From positions 4,555 to 68,554 of the forward strand of contig CAYLHS010000002.1 in assembly GCA_964383535.1 (NCBI GenBank): DNA of 64,000 nt, written 5' to 3'. The translations under genes and the position numbers were made by a program. Positions 1-10,772 of this stretch are shown one piece after another (positions within the stretch are counted from its first letter, which is position 1; each line of letters begins with the position of its first letter). Source of the DNA: an uncultured Acidimicrobiia bacterium. Its GTDB lineage: Bacteria; Actinomycetota; Acidimicrobiia; Spongiisociales; UBA4744. A model generated the notes under the pieces. It was not told where the DNA came from. It did no database searches and saw only the letters and a list, made by a program, of their open reading frames with translations.

Positions 1-2
1 AG

Positions 3-767
3 GCGGAGGTCAACCAGTTCCTCGTACTCCACGGATCACCGTCTCAGTCGGCCCTCGCACATGTCATCGAAACCGACCCCGAGGTGACCCTCGCCAGGGT
101 CCCGGGCACACGAAAGGCGTTCGGTGTCGAACCCAAGAACGTCCGGCAGACGCTGGCCCTCGACCTGCTCCTCAATCCTGACGTTCCGGCAGTGTCGGTC
201 ATGGGCCTGGCCGGTACGGGCAAGACGTACCTTGCGCTCGCCGCGGGGCTCGAGCAAGTCCTCGAAGCGGGACGCTACCGGCGCGTCGCCGTGTATCGAC
301 CACTCGTCGCCGTGGGACGACAGGACGTCGGGTACTTGCCGGGCGACCTGTCGGAGAAACTCGCCCCTTGGATGGCAGCCGTTCACGACAATCTCTACGC
401 GCTGTTCTCGGACGGAGGGCCGCGGGCGGCCCGCGACGCAATCGTCGAGCTCATCGACCGCAACGTCCTGGAGCTTGCCTCGATCACTTATCTGAGGGGA
501 CGGTCGATCACCGGAGAGTTCGTGATCATCGACGAAGCTCAGAACCTGGAGCTTTCCACGCTGAAGGTGATCCTCACCCGGATGAGCCGCGATTCGAAGG
601 TCGTGTTCTGCGGCGATCTGACCCAAGTCGACAACCCGTACATCTCCCCCTATGGAGGGGTCGCGGCGCTCATCGAGAAGTTCAAGGGCAACCGGTTGTT
701 CGGGCATGTGACCCTGGAAAAATCCGTACGGAGTCCTCTCGCCGAAATGGCGGCGAACGTCCTGTAG
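3..767 (+). CDS. phoH: PhoH-like ATPase, 5' end outside the window
   Basis: Open frame from the window start. Walker A GLAGTGKT and DEAQN Walker B-like motif. C-terminal region typical of the PhoH family. Confidence 0.75.
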   Translation, partial: AEVNQFLVLHGSPSQSALAHVIETDPEVTLARVPGTRKAFGVEPKNVRQTLALDLLLNPDVPAVSVMGLAGTGKTYLALAAGLEQVLEAGRYRRVAVYRPLVAVGRQDVGYLPGDLSEKLAPWMAAVHDNLYALFSDGGPRAARDAIVELIDRNVLELASITYLRGRSITGEFVIIDEAQNLELSTLKVILTRMSRDSKVVFCGDLTQVDNPYISPYGGVAALIEKFKGNRLFGHVTLEKSVRSPLAEMAANVL

Positions 768-889
768 GGCTCGCCTGGCTGACTCGCTCGTTTCCAGGGA
801 GGGCGAAGTCCGACGTTGGTGGACTCAACCGAAGGTCCAGGACGGGCCGTTCCCACCAACGTCGCCAGCAACGGCCGGCGCGGCCGGCC

Positions 890-2296
890 TCAGAGGTCCC
901 TCACGTGGCTCACGTACGACTCCTCTCGCATGAGGATTCGACCCGTGACGGAGTATGTGAGCGCGCTCACCGCCAGCGACGCCACGACACCCGGGGTGCC
1001 GAACTGACTGAGCGGTGCACCAGGGAGCCCATCCTTGAGCAACTGCACCCACCAATCGGCCCCGGAAGGACTCACCCACTGGTAGACGGCGAAGCCGAGC
1101 AGCAGTGAGAGGATGGCTGCGACGTTGACGCCGCGGTAGACCCCTCCTCTTTGGTAGAGATCCCGTGACATGTAGGCGCCACCGCGAACGAGATAGAAGT
1201 CGGACAGAAACACACCGAGGATCGGGGCGAGGACGCTCATCAGAAACCCGAGCACGCCGAACAGGTCGCGAGTGGAGACCAGCACTGCCACAGCCGTTGC
1301 AGCAGCCGGCCCCACAATGATCGCCACCCATTCGGGCGGGTCGATTCCCAGCGACCTGAGCGCTCGTGTCGGCATGACGAGAAACAACGGAGCTCCGTCC
1401 AACTCGGCGAAAACGACCCACGCCAGAAGCGCGAGAGCAGCCCCGACCCCGGCGAGCGGACCGCCGAGCTTCGCGACGATCTCGGCGGGATCCACGATGC
1501 CAGGAGAGGTCGCGGCGGCCAGGCCACCAGCCATTAGAACGATCAGTGCCGAGACCCCGAACCCAGCGCCGACGGCCGCGGGCGCGCTCCGCTCGTCGGG
1601 AAGCGCCCTGGTGGTATCGACGATCAGCGGAAAGAACAACACGGCAAGCCCAACGATCATGTCGACCCCCAGCCAGAACCACGGTGATGGGGTCTGGGCG
1701 CGAGTCGCTTCGAGGTTCACATCCGCGGCAAGCCTCCACACGATCCACATGGCCGCAGCGAGACCGCCCCAGAATGCCACGCGTCGAACCCACCAGCGGA
1801 GTGCCCCTCCGACGCCGAGGCCCACCGCTGCAACCGCCGCGATCACCACCCCGACGAAGTCCGGAGGTGTGAACGACCCGAGGTCGCCGACCGCAGTGGC
1901 GAGCACGATGCCGACGACGCGCAGCTCGAGGGCGGCGAGCACGATCAACAGCGCTGCATGCACGAAGAGGTAGAGAGCCGCGCCGATCGTTCCCAACGAC
2001 GGCTTGAGCAGTACGGCCAAGCCCTCGCCGTACCTCGACCCGGGCCGCGCAGCGACCCAGAGCACACCGACGGCGACGACCACCCCCAAAGGAACGGCTA
2101 GCAACAACTGCGTCGCGGAAAGCCCCAGCCCACCCAGCGACGTACTGACCATCAGTATGTAACCGACGACAACGACCGGCACCCCGAGGGTCACAGCCAC
2201 CCACAGACTCGTGAGTTCTGCCGGACTCAGAGCGTCGTCGGCCCGCTCAACGAAACGACGCACGTTCGAGAGTCTAGATTCGCCCGCTCCTACCAT
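890..2296 (-). CDS. Polytopic membrane transporter, NCS1-like (cytosine/purine/allantoin permease family). Start uncertain: 2320, 2296 or later.
   Basis: About 470 aa with at least 10 hydrophobic helices and Gly/Ala-rich TM segments. The start overlaps the divergent rlmN start. Confidence 0.45.
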   Translation of the reverse strand: MVGAGESRLSNVRRFVERADDALSPAELTSLWVAVTLGVPVVVVGYILMVSTSLGGLGLSATQLLLAVPLGVVVAVGVLWVAARPGSRYGEGLAVLLKPSLGTIGAALYLFVHAALLIVLAALELRVVGIVLATAVGDLGSFTPPDFVGVVIAAVAAVGLGVGGALRWWVRRVAFWGGLAAAMWIVWRLAADVNLEATRAQTPSPWFWLGVDMIVGLAVLFFPLIVDTTRALPDERSAPAAVGAGFGVSALIVLMAGGLAAATSPGIVDPAEIVAKLGGPLAGVGAALALLAWVVFAELDGAPLFLVMPTRALRSLGIDPPEWVAIIVGPAAATAVAVLVSTRDLFGVLGFLMSVLAPILGVFLSDFYLVRGGAYMSRDLYQRGGVYRGVNVAAILSLLLGFAVYQWVSPSGADWWVQLLKDGLPGAPLSQFGTPGVVASLAVSALTYSVTGRILMREESYVSHVRDL

Positions 2297-2302
2297 GGGC
2301 CG

Positions 2303-3343
2303 GTGACGTATCTCGCACATCCAGACGATTTGTCCGGGCTCCTCCCGGGGGAGCCGCGGTATCGCGTGGACCAGCTTCGACGTTGGCTGTACGTGACACC
2401 CGTCTTGGATACGGCCCAGATGACGAATCTGCCGCAGGATGTGAGAGAGCGCCTTGACCTTTGGCCGTTCACGGTGGAAGCGGAGCGGGCTGCCGACGGT
2501 GGCCGTACCGTCAAGTGGCTCTTCAGATCCGCCGACGGAGCGGCGATCGAGACGGTCCTCATCGGCTACCGCGACAGGGCAACGGTGTGCATCTCATCGC
2601 AGGCAGGCTGCGCACTTGGATGCACGTTCTGCGCAACCGGTCAGTTCGGCTTCGAGCGGCATCTCGAGCCGGGTGAGATCGTCGCCCAAGTCGCGTACGC
2701 CCGAGCTCACCTTCGCACCGTCGGCATGCCGGGAGTCCCTGACCGGGTCACGAATGTCGTATTCATGGGGATGGGTGAGCCGCTCGTCAACTACGAACGT
2801 GTCCGTGAGGCAATTCGACGGATGATCGAAGAGATGCACATGTCGGCCAGGTCGATCACCGTCTCGACCGTCGGAATCGTCCCGGGCATCCTGCGACTCA
2901 CCGCCGATCCGTGGCCGGTGAATCTGGCAGTGAGCCTGCACGCAGCAGACGACGAGCTTCGAACCTCACTCGTGCCGATCAACGCCCGCTACCCGCTGGC
3001 GGCCATCGAGGCGGCGGCAGCGGGCTACTTCGCAGCGAAGGGACGGCGGATCTCGATCGAGTGGACCCTGATGGATGAAGTGAACGACTCCGATGAACAA
3101 GCGGATCGCCTTGCTGCGATCGCGAGACGCCTGCGAGCGCACGTGAACGTCATCGCGATGAACCCGACCCCGCTGTCACCCTTCGGGCCGTCGGGACGCA
3201 TCGATCGCTTCCTCGATCGACTCGAGCACGCCGGTGTCAACGCGACCCGCCGCGTGAACCGTGGCGGCGAGATCGACGCCGCCTGCGGACAGTTGCGGGC
3301 GAACGTGCCCCTCAAGGGCTCCCGAGCGCAGGCCGACACTTGA
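2303..3343 (+). CDS. rlmN: 23S rRNA/tRNA m2A methyltransferase RlmN (radical SAM)
   Basis: CALGCTFCATG CxxxCxxC radical-SAM motif. YRVDQLRRWLY N-terminal signature. GTG start. Confidence 0.9.
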   Translation: MTYLAHPDDLSGLLPGEPRYRVDQLRRWLYVTPVLDTAQMTNLPQDVRERLDLWPFTVEAERAADGGRTVKWLFRSADGAAIETVLIGYRDRATVCISSQAGCALGCTFCATGQFGFERHLEPGEIVAQVAYARAHLRTVGMPGVPDRVTNVVFMGMGEPLVNYERVREAIRRMIEEMHMSARSITVSTVGIVPGILRLTADPWPVNLAVSLHAADDELRTSLVPINARYPLAAIEAAAAGYFAAKGRRISIEWTLMDEVNDSDEQADRLAAIARRLRAHVNVIAMNPTPLSPFGPSGRIDRFLDRLEHAGVNATRRVNRGGEIDAACGQLRANVPLKGSRAQADT

Positions 3344-3346
3344 GGC

Positions 3347-4246
3347 ATGCGATCCATAGCCGCGTTCGTCGTCGTCCTGCTCGCCGTGGCAGCCGGTAAC
3401 GCTGCATACGTCGTGAAGGCAGGTGACAACCTCTCGAAGATCGCCGAAGCGAACGGAACAACCGTCCACGCCATCGCCGATGCCAACCACATCACGAATC
3501 CGAACCTGATCCAGATCGGTGACTCACTCGTGATCCCCGGAGACGATACCTACCTCGTACGGGCAGGCGACACCCTCGCAGGGATCTCGGCAACGACCGG
3601 AGTGCCGATCGACCAGATCAAGGCGGCGAATGGCATCTCCGACCCCAACACCATCTACGCGGGGACAAAGCTCAGACTCGACGGACCGAGCACCCCCGTT
3701 GAGCACGTCACGAAGCCGGCAACCTACACCGTCGAGAGGGGGGACACGCTGGGCGGCATCGCACTCCACTTCGCGACCAGCGTGGACGAGCTGACCAGAA
3801 CGAATTCGATTCAGGATCCGAACGTGATTCGTGTCGGCACCGTGCTCACCGTGCAGGAAGGCACGTGGCTCTGCCCCGTTTCGAACGCGACATTCTTCAA
3901 CGACTGGGGATTCCCCCGCTCGGGTGGACGCTTCCACACCGGTAACGACCTCTTCGCTCCGCTCGGTTCTCCCGTCTATGCCCCGGTCAGCGGAACCGTG
4001 AAGCAGGTGGTCGGCTCGATCGGTGGCAACCAAGTCGACGTGTCCGGGAACGACGGCACCGTCTACATCGCAAGCCACCTCGACCGCTTCGGAGCGACCG
4101 GCAGAGTATCGGCAGGCGATGTCATCGGCTACGTCGGCACCACGGGCAACGCCGCCGGCGGACGACCGCACGTGCACTTCGAAATGCATCCCGGCGGCGG
4201 CGACGCCGTGAATCCGTACCCCGTGCTCTCGAGAGCCTGCGGATAG
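3347..4246 (+). CDS. Secreted LysM-repeat (x3) peptidase M23 (peptidoglycan endopeptidase)
   Basis: Signal peptide. Three LysM repeats (YVVKAGDNLSKIA, YLVRAGDTLAGIS, YTVERGDTLGGIA). M23 motifs HTGNDLFAP and HVHFEMHP. Confidence 0.85.
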   Translation: MRSIAAFVVVLLAVAAGNAAYVVKAGDNLSKIAEANGTTVHAIADANHITNPNLIQIGDSLVIPGDDTYLVRAGDTLAGISATTGVPIDQIKAANGISDPNTIYAGTKLRLDGPSTPVEHVTKPATYTVERGDTLGGIALHFATSVDELTRTNSIQDPNVIRVGTVLTVQEGTWLCPVSNATFFNDWGFPRSGGRFHTGNDLFAPLGSPVYAPVSGTVKQVVGSIGGNQVDVSGNDGTVYIASHLDRFGATGRVSAGDVIGYVGTTGNAAGGRPHVHFEMHPGGGDAVNPYPVLSRACG

Positions 4247-4395
4247 CCGAGGCGGCAAAGGCGCCGAGGCGGTACCTTGTACCGCGTATGGCCGCCCAGC
4301 GGCGGGCGGACCGTGGGCCGGCTACGTCGGCTCCCTCCGTCCTCGGCTTCGCCTCGGCCACCTCCCAACGTTGGGCTCCGCCTGGGGGAGGAAAC

Positions 4396-4414
4396 GGGCT
4401 CGCGAATCGAGCCC
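4396..4414 (-). terminator. Possible weak intrinsic terminator hairpin after the DUF885 gene
   Basis: GGGCTCG-cgaat-CGAGCCC, a 7-bp GC stem abutting the stop codon. The T-tract is poor (GUUUCC). Confidence 0.2.
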
Positions 4415-6060
4415 TACTCCAGAACCAGATCCCGCAGCAGGTCCAGGCCGACCCCGCCCGATCCTAGGACGCGAGCGTGGAACTCCTTGAGGTCTCCTCC
4501 CCGGCCGAGAAACTCCTCCCGCAGCTCCAGAATCGCTCGCTCACCGACCTTGTACGAGATCGCTTGACCTGGCCAGCCCAGGTAGCGCGTGACCTCGGAC
4601 GCTGCGTAGTCGCCGGCGAGGAATGCGTACCTGGTGAGGAGCTCCACGGCCAGTTCGAATGTCCATCGCTCTCCAGGGTGGAACTGAGCGTCGTCAGGGA
4701 TGGCGAGATCGAGATGGGATCCGATGTCGACCACGACGCGGCACGCCCTGAGCATCTCGGCCGACAGCATCCCCAGTACATACTCCGGTTTGTCCAAGTA
4801 GCCGAGTTCGTCCATCAGCAGTTCCGTGTACAACGCCCAGCCCTCCCCATACCCCGGATACCAGACGAGGAGCCGGTGGAGACGGGTCAGATGATCGGCG
4901 AGTGTCATTGCCACCCCGATCTGGAGATGATGCCCCGGGAACCCTTCGTGATAGGCGGTGCTCACCTCGTCCCACAGAGGAAACACCTGCTTGCCGCCGG
5001 TGGACCACCACACGCTGCCGGGCCTCGAGAAGTCCTCACTCGGCTGCATGTAGTAGGCGCCGAGGGCGCCTCCCGGTGGCGCGATCTTGACGTCGACCCT
5101 CTTGACCGGCTCGGGGATGTCGAACGCCGTTCCGTCGAGGTCACGGACGGCCACGCTCAACCTCTCTGCCATGAAGTCCACGAACTCCGCTTCGCTATGC
5201 GCGCAGCGGGCCGGATCCGTCGAGAGAAGCTCGATGACATCATCGAGTGACCTGGTCGGGTCGATGAGCTTTGCAGTCTCGACCATCTGTCGGCGCAGGT
5301 CCGCGACCTGCCCCCACCCCCACCGATAGGTCTCCTCGGGATCGATCTGCATCCCGAGGAACCTGCTGGTGGCTCGCACATAGCGATCCCGACCAACACC
5401 ATCTGCGGTCGGGGCATCCGGCATATAGGTCGACTCGAGGTAGTCGGCGAATGCCGCGGAGGCCTTCTTCGCCGCCGATATGGCAGATTCCATCGACGCA
5501 CACAGGTCTTCGGTCATCGTGTCCGAGGCAGCCAGGTCGTCTGCGAATCGGTGCAACGGTGAACCGGCGCCGGCCAACACCCTGGCCTGCTCGATCACGG
5601 CCTGCACCTGCCGGCGCGCGGCGAGCACTCCCTCGTGGCGCCCCTCTTCCAGCGTTGCCTGGTAGCCAGAGAGTGGTTCGTTGAAGCTCGCAAGACGGGC
5701 GATGATGTCGTCCCACGTCGAGGTGTCCTGAATGTCGAGCACCTCGCGCAGCTGCTGAAACGGTGACGCGATGTTGTTGAGATCCCGGAGCAGATCCCCG
5801 TGATCGAACTGCCTCAGCCACTCATCGAGGAACGCCAATGTGATTCGCCACGCGACCTTCTCCCATCGCTCCGAAGGCTCCCCCAGCTCCACCAGTTGTG
5901 AGCGGTAGCTGACCGCGAGTGCTCGCAGCTTCTCTATGCCGGTGGGACCGAGATCGTCCCACAAGTGGTCACGGCCGGGCAACCCAACCATCGTGCATGT
6001 GACGGGAGACAGCTCCAAGTACTCGTCGAGGAAGGCATCGCTCAGTGTGAATGCGTCCAT
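4414..6060 (-). CDS. DUF885 family protein (predicted metallopeptidase-like)
   Basis: 548 aa. HEGFPGHHLQ HExxH-like motif. Length and composition typical of DUF885. Confidence 0.75.
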   Translation of the reverse strand: MDAFTLSDAFLDEYLELSPVTCTMVGLPGRDHLWDDLGPTGIEKLRALAVSYRSQLVELGEPSERWEKVAWRITLAFLDEWLRQFDHGDLLRDLNNIASPFQQLREVLDIQDTSTWDDIIARLASFNEPLSGYQATLEEGRHEGVLAARRQVQAVIEQARVLAGAGSPLHRFADDLAASDTMTEDLCASMESAISAAKKASAAFADYLESTYMPDAPTADGVGRDRYVRATSRFLGMQIDPEETYRWGWGQVADLRRQMVETAKLIDPTRSLDDVIELLSTDPARCAHSEAEFVDFMAERLSVAVRDLDGTAFDIPEPVKRVDVKIAPPGGALGAYYMQPSEDFSRPGSVWWSTGGKQVFPLWDEVSTAYHEGFPGHHLQIGVAMTLADHLTRLHRLLVWYPGYGEGWALYTELLMDELGYLDKPEYVLGMLSAEMLRACRVVVDIGSHLDLAIPDDAQFHPGERWTFELAVELLTRYAFLAGDYAASEVTRYLGWPGQAISYKVGERAILELREEFLGRGGDLKEFHARVLGSGGVGLDLLRDLVLE

Positions 6061-6234
6061 GGGGAGATCCTAGGGTCAGGGCGAGCTCTCCTCGGCCGCC
6101 CCCAGCTGTCGGTTGTCAGTCCACTGCACCTGCCGGTTCTGGATTCCAGGCCCCGGCGTCCTCAGGTCGCTCGCCTATGAAATGCGAAGCGGCGCTCCCA
6201 CCGACAACCGAATACCTGAGCGGACGCGGTTCGC

Positions 6235-7404
6235 TCAAGAAGCTCGCCCGTTGGAGCGCGCGATGTGTCCCAGCATGCGGGCGCTCGGCTTGATCGATCG
6301 TCGCTGGGTCACCCGATCGACTCCGATCAACCCGAAGGTCGGTCCGTAGCCGAAGACCCACTCGAAGTTGTCGAGAGCGCTCCAGTACGTGTAGCCGATG
6401 ATGTCGATGCCGTCACCGATGCACCGCTCCACCCCGTCGAGCGCCAATTCGATGAACGCTTCCCTGCGTCGATCATCTGTCGCCGCGATACCGTTCTCTG
6501 TCACGTACACGGGCAACGAGGTGACGGAAGCCGCACGTCTGATAGTCGCCTCCAGTGCGCTCGGGCGGAATTCGTATCCCATCAGCGTCAGCTCCGCGCC
6601 GTCTTCGGGACCGAGGTACCCGGCGGGGGAAACCCGCTCGCGAGAGTAGGTCTGCACGCCGATGAAGTCGTCGCCGGCAGTCGCCTCGAGGAATACGTCC
6701 TCCATCGGGCGCCGTAGCTGGTCGACCATCGCCTCGCCCCCGTCGACGGCCGTCCACTCCGACATGGCGAGCGTCATCCCTACGCGGCATCCCGGCGCCG
6801 CTGCGCGGACCGCTTCGACGGCACGACGGTGCGCTTCGATCAGAACCCGGTTCGCACCCTCCCTGGCCTCCGGGTCACGAACACCCGGCGGAAACAGACC
6901 GGTCAAGTAGCCGTGGGTCGCAACGACGTTCGGCTCGTTGATGGTGCACACCATGTCGACGAGATCGGCCAGGCCCCGGATAGACCAGGCGGCGAACCCG
7001 CCAAACCGTTCAGCCGTCTCCTTCTCCGACCAGCCCCCACGGCGGGCGAGCCAGCGCGGCGTGGTGAAATGGTGGAGCGTGACGATCGGAGTGATCCCCA
7101 GATTCCGACACGTCTCACTCATCCGTCGGTAGTGGTCGAGCTGGGCGTACGAGAACTCGCCATCTTCCGGCTCCAGGCGGCTCCACTCGAGCGAGAACCG
7201 GTAGGCGTTGAACCCGAGGTCGGCGAGTATCTTCAGGTCGTCTCGGTACCGGTGGTAGTGATCCACCGCGTCGCCCGATGATTCGACGCAGGGTGACATC
7301 GGGTCGTGTTCCCACGCCCACCAATCGTTGTTCCAGTTGCCGCCTTCCACTTGGTGCGCCGCCGTGGCGGTGCCCCAGAGAAACCCGTCCGCATAGACGC
7401 TCAT
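6235..7404 (-). CDS. GH1 beta-glucosidase/beta-galactosidase
   Basis: N-terminal FLWGTATAAHQVEGG. TENG nucleophile motif (YVTENGIA). NEP acid/base motif (INEPNV). Start chosen at MSVYADGF. Confidence 0.85.
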   Translation of the reverse strand: MSVYADGFLWGTATAAHQVEGGNWNNDWWAWEHDPMSPCVESSGDAVDHYHRYRDDLKILADLGFNAYRFSLEWSRLEPEDGEFSYAQLDHYRRMSETCRNLGITPIVTLHHFTTPRWLARRGGWSEKETAERFGGFAAWSIRGLADLVDMVCTINEPNVVATHGYLTGLFPPGVRDPEAREGANRVLIEAHRRAVEAVRAAAPGCRVGMTLAMSEWTAVDGGEAMVDQLRRPMEDVFLEATAGDDFIGVQTYSRERVSPAGYLGPEDGAELTLMGYEFRPSALEATIRRAASVTSLPVYVTENGIAATDDRRREAFIELALDGVERCIGDGIDIIGYTYWSALDNFEWVFGYGPTFGLIGVDRVTQRRSIKPSARMLGHIARSNGRAS

Positions 7405-7473
7405 GACCGCTGAGCCTATTCGCCGGAATGCCTTCGCGCGAGGGTTAGTGTCGGATACTCCAGAGAGGAAAGA

Positions 7474-8289
7474 ATGAGCGCACTGGTAGAGCCGAACGCA
7501 CGCGTCACGCAGAAGGACGAACTCACCCCGCGGCTGATGATCCTTCGCGTCGTACCAGACGGATGGCAGCTTCCCCACTTCGAGGCAGGTCAGTACATGG
7601 TGCTTGCGCTTCCCCCGACAGCACCCCGATACGCACTGTCCAAGCCTGAGACGAGGGAGCCCTCGCCAGATCGGATGATTCGGAGAGCGTACTCAATCGC
7701 CTCGTCGTCTATGTCCGGTGAGTACATGGACTTCTACATCAGCATGGTGAGCACGGGTGCGCTCACACCCCGGCTCTTCGCATTGGAAGTCGGCGATCGT
7801 CTGTGGATGTCCGATCACCCGAAAGGAATGTTCACCCTCGCCGACGTCCCGAAACACAAGCACATCGTGCTCGTTGCGACAGGAACCGGACTCGCACCGT
7901 ACATGAGCATGCTCACATCGCATCTCGAGTGCGGTGGCACGCGAAAGTTCGCGGTCCTCCACGGGGCCGACCACTCATGGGACTTGGGATACAGAGCGGA
8001 GCTCGAGGCGCTCCAGCACCTCTGCTCGAACTTCACGTACATCCCAACCCTCGACCATCCGGAGGATGAGCCGGTCTCATGGCAAGGCGACACGGGGTGG
8101 GTCCAGGGACTGTGGAAGGCGGGTGGGATCGAGGCGGCATGGGGGTTTCGGCCTTCGCCGGACACCACGGAGGTGTTCCTGTGCGGCGTCCCGGGCATGC
8201 TCGACGACATGCTCGAGCTCCTCACCGCCGAAGGGTTCACCGAGCACACGCGAAACGATCCCGGCGAGATCCATGTCGAACGGTACTGA
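7474..8289 (+). CDS. fpr: Ferredoxin--NADP+ reductase (FNR-type flavoprotein)
   Basis: RRAYSIAS FAD-binding RxYS motif. GTGLAP NAD(P)-binding motif. RBS AGAGAGGAAAG. Confidence 0.8.
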   Translation: MSALVEPNARVTQKDELTPRLMILRVVPDGWQLPHFEAGQYMVLALPPTAPRYALSKPETREPSPDRMIRRAYSIASSSMSGEYMDFYISMVSTGALTPRLFALEVGDRLWMSDHPKGMFTLADVPKHKHIVLVATGTGLAPYMSMLTSHLECGGTRKFAVLHGADHSWDLGYRAELEALQHLCSNFTYIPTLDHPEDEPVSWQGDTGWVQGLWKAGGIEAAWGFRPSPDTTEVFLCGVPGMLDDMLELLTAEGFTEHTRNDPGEIHVERY

Positions 8290-8501
8290 AGATGTGATCC
8301 GCTATTGGCGGACCCACGGCTAGTACCTCGTACGCGACCACCGTTGCGACGAGGCCCCGGGGCGGCCGTATGCGCGACACAAGATGTGGTGGTTGCTTCC
8401 ACATTCCGCCGCGGTACGAGACGCCGGATACGGGATACGTGCCGTGCCCGGCCGGCGGGCAGCGCACCACAAGTAGGCTTCGTGACGGAGGAGGCGATGT
8501 G

Positions 8502-10772
8502 ATGCCAGAAGGCAAGCATTTCAGTGAAGCTCTCGAATATCACTCGAAAGGCAGACCCGGCAAGACCGAGGTCATTCCCACCAAGCCGACAGCCACACAG
8601 AGCGACCTCGGCCTCGCATACACACCAGGCGTTGCGGAACCGTGCCTCGAGATCGCCAAGGAACCCGACGACGTATTCAGATACACCAACAAGGGCAATC
8701 TCGTCGCGGTCGTCAGCAACGGCACCGCAGTACTGGGGCTTGGCAACATTGGCCCGCTCGCAGGAAAGCCCGTCATGGAAGGCAAGGCTGTCCTGTTCAA
8801 GCGTTTCGCCGATCTCGACGTGTTCGACATCGAAATCGACACGATGGAGCCGAAAGACGTCATCCGATTCTGCGAGATGCTCGAACCCACCGTAGGTGGC
8901 ATCAACCTCGAGGACATCCGAGCACCGGAGTGCTTCGAAATCGAGGACGCCCTCAAAGAGCGCCTCGACATCCCCGTCTTCCACGACGACCAGCACGGTA
9001 CGGCAATCATCGCAGGTGCGGGTTTTCTCAACGCGCTCGGCCTGACCGGGCGCTCGATCGAGACGACAACAGTGGTGTTCAACGGCGCGGGTGCCGCCGG
9101 CATCGCGACTGCACGCTTCTTCGAACGACTCGGCGTCCGTCCCCAGAACATCCTCATGTGCGACTCACGGGGGGTCATCTACGAAGGGCGCAAGGAGGGG
9201 ATGTCCGGGCGCAAGGCAGAGTTCGCGCGCCGCACCGACAGACGCACACTCGAGCAGGCACTCGAGGGCGCGGACTGTTTCGTCGGTGTATCGGTCGCGG
9301 ATGCAGTCACCAAGGAGATGGTCAAAGGCATGGGTGACAATCCGATCATCTTCGCCCTTGCAAACCCCAATCCGGAGATCCGCTATGAGGATGCCGTCGC
9401 CGCTCGGCCCGACGCCATCGTCGCCACAGGTCGCAGCGACTACCCCAACCAGGTCAACAACGTGCTCGGGTTCCCATTCATCTTCCGTGGGGCCTTGGAC
9501 GTGCGTGCTCGCGGCATCAGCGAGGGTATGAAGGTGGCAGCGGCCCACGCGCTCGCCGACCTTGCGAGAGAACCGGTACCCGATTCGGTTTTGAAAGCCT
9601 ACGGCATCGATCATCTTGCGTTCGGCACCGAATATCTGATCCCGAAGCCGTTCGACCCGAGAGTGCTCTGGCACGTCGCGCCCGCAGTGGCCCAGGCCGC
9701 CATCGACGAAGGGCTCGCACGCAAGCCGTATTCCGACATCGATACGTACCGGGAAGAGCTTCGCTCGAGGTTCCAGCCGGCCTACGGTCTCACCCGCACC
9801 GTCGCTGTCAAGGCCCAGGCACACCCGATGCGTGTCGTGTACCCACACGGGGCAGATATCCGGATCGTCCGTGCGGCGAGGAGGGTTGTCGATGAGAGGA
9901 TCGCCGCGCCAGTCATCCTCGGGAACGTCGAAGATATTCGCTCGATCGCCGAAGAGAAGCAGGTATCGCTCGATGGGATCCGCTTGTTCGATCCCTACGA
10001 CGAGCACGAGGCGCGAAACCGTTACGCCGACGAGCTGTACCGTCTGCGTGGACGCAAGGGAGTCGCCCCCGAGGATGCCCACCGAGCGGTTCTCGATCCC
10101 AACCTGTATGCGGCGATGATGCTCCACGAAGGTGACGCTGACGCCGTCCTCGGCGGATTGACATCGAACTACCCCGATACCGTCCGACCCGCCCTCCAAG
10201 TGCTGCCGCTCGAGGAGGGACGGAGCATCGTGTCGGCGATCTACGCCGTCATCCTCAAAGATCAGGCGGCGTTCTTCCTCACCGACTGCGCCGTCAACAT
10301 CCTGCCGACAGCCGAGCAGCTCGCCGAGATCGCCATCTCGACCGCCGACTACGTCGAGGACGCGTTCGACGTCGAACCCCGAATCGCGTTGCTGTCCTAC
10401 AGCAACTTCGGATCGGCGTCGGGAGAGGAACCGGAACGGGTACGTAGGGCCGTCACGATCTGCTGGGACCGCAGACCGGATCTCCAGGTGGACGGCGAGA
10501 TGCATGCCCGGACCGCGGTCGACGCCCCGCTGATCGCACGCCAACACTCCTTCAACCGGCTCGGGGGACGCGCGAACGTACTCGTTTTCCCCAACCTCGC
10601 GGCAGGCAACGCCGCCTATCAGCTGCTGTCGAAGCTGGGAGGCGCACAGGTGATCGGACCGATCCTGACCGGTGTCTCCAAGCCGGTGCACGTGCTTCAA
10701 CGAGATGCCGAGGTGGGCGACATCGTCAACCTGACCGCAATCGCAGTGCTCGACGCACAGAGCAAGGCGTAG
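8502..10772 (+). CDS. maeB: NADP-dependent malic enzyme with C-terminal phosphate acetyltransferase-like domain (MaeB type)
   Basis: About 756 aa. Malic enzyme N-terminus (LAYTPGVAEPC) and NAD-binding domain. PTA-like C-terminal domain. GGAGGAGG RBS 6 nt before the ATG. Confidence 0.9.
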   Translation: MPEGKHFSEALEYHSKGRPGKTEVIPTKPTATQSDLGLAYTPGVAEPCLEIAKEPDDVFRYTNKGNLVAVVSNGTAVLGLGNIGPLAGKPVMEGKAVLFKRFADLDVFDIEIDTMEPKDVIRFCEMLEPTVGGINLEDIRAPECFEIEDALKERLDIPVFHDDQHGTAIIAGAGFLNALGLTGRSIETTTVVFNGAGAAGIATARFFERLGVRPQNILMCDSRGVIYEGRKEGMSGRKAEFARRTDRRTLEQALEGADCFVGVSVADAVTKEMVKGMGDNPIIFALANPNPEIRYEDAVAARPDAIVATGRSDYPNQVNNVLGFPFIFRGALDVRARGISEGMKVAAAHALADLAREPVPDSVLKAYGIDHLAFGTEYLIPKPFDPRVLWHVAPAVAQAAIDEGLARKPYSDIDTYREELRSRFQPAYGLTRTVAVKAQAHPMRVVYPHGADIRIVRAARRVVDERIAAPVILGNVEDIRSIAEEKQVSLDGIRLFDPYDEHEARNRYADELYRLRGRKGVAPEDAHRAVLDPNLYAAMMLHEGDADAVLGGLTSNYPDTVRPALQVLPLEEGRSIVSAIYAVILKDQAAFFLTDCAVNILPTAEQLAEIAISTADYVEDAFDVEPRIALLSYSNFGSASGEEPERVRRAVTICWDRRPDLQVDGEMHARTAVDAPLIARQHSFNRLGGRANVLVFPNLAAGNAAYQLLSKLGGAQVIGPILTGVSKPVHVLQRDAEVGDIVNLTAIAVLDAQSKA

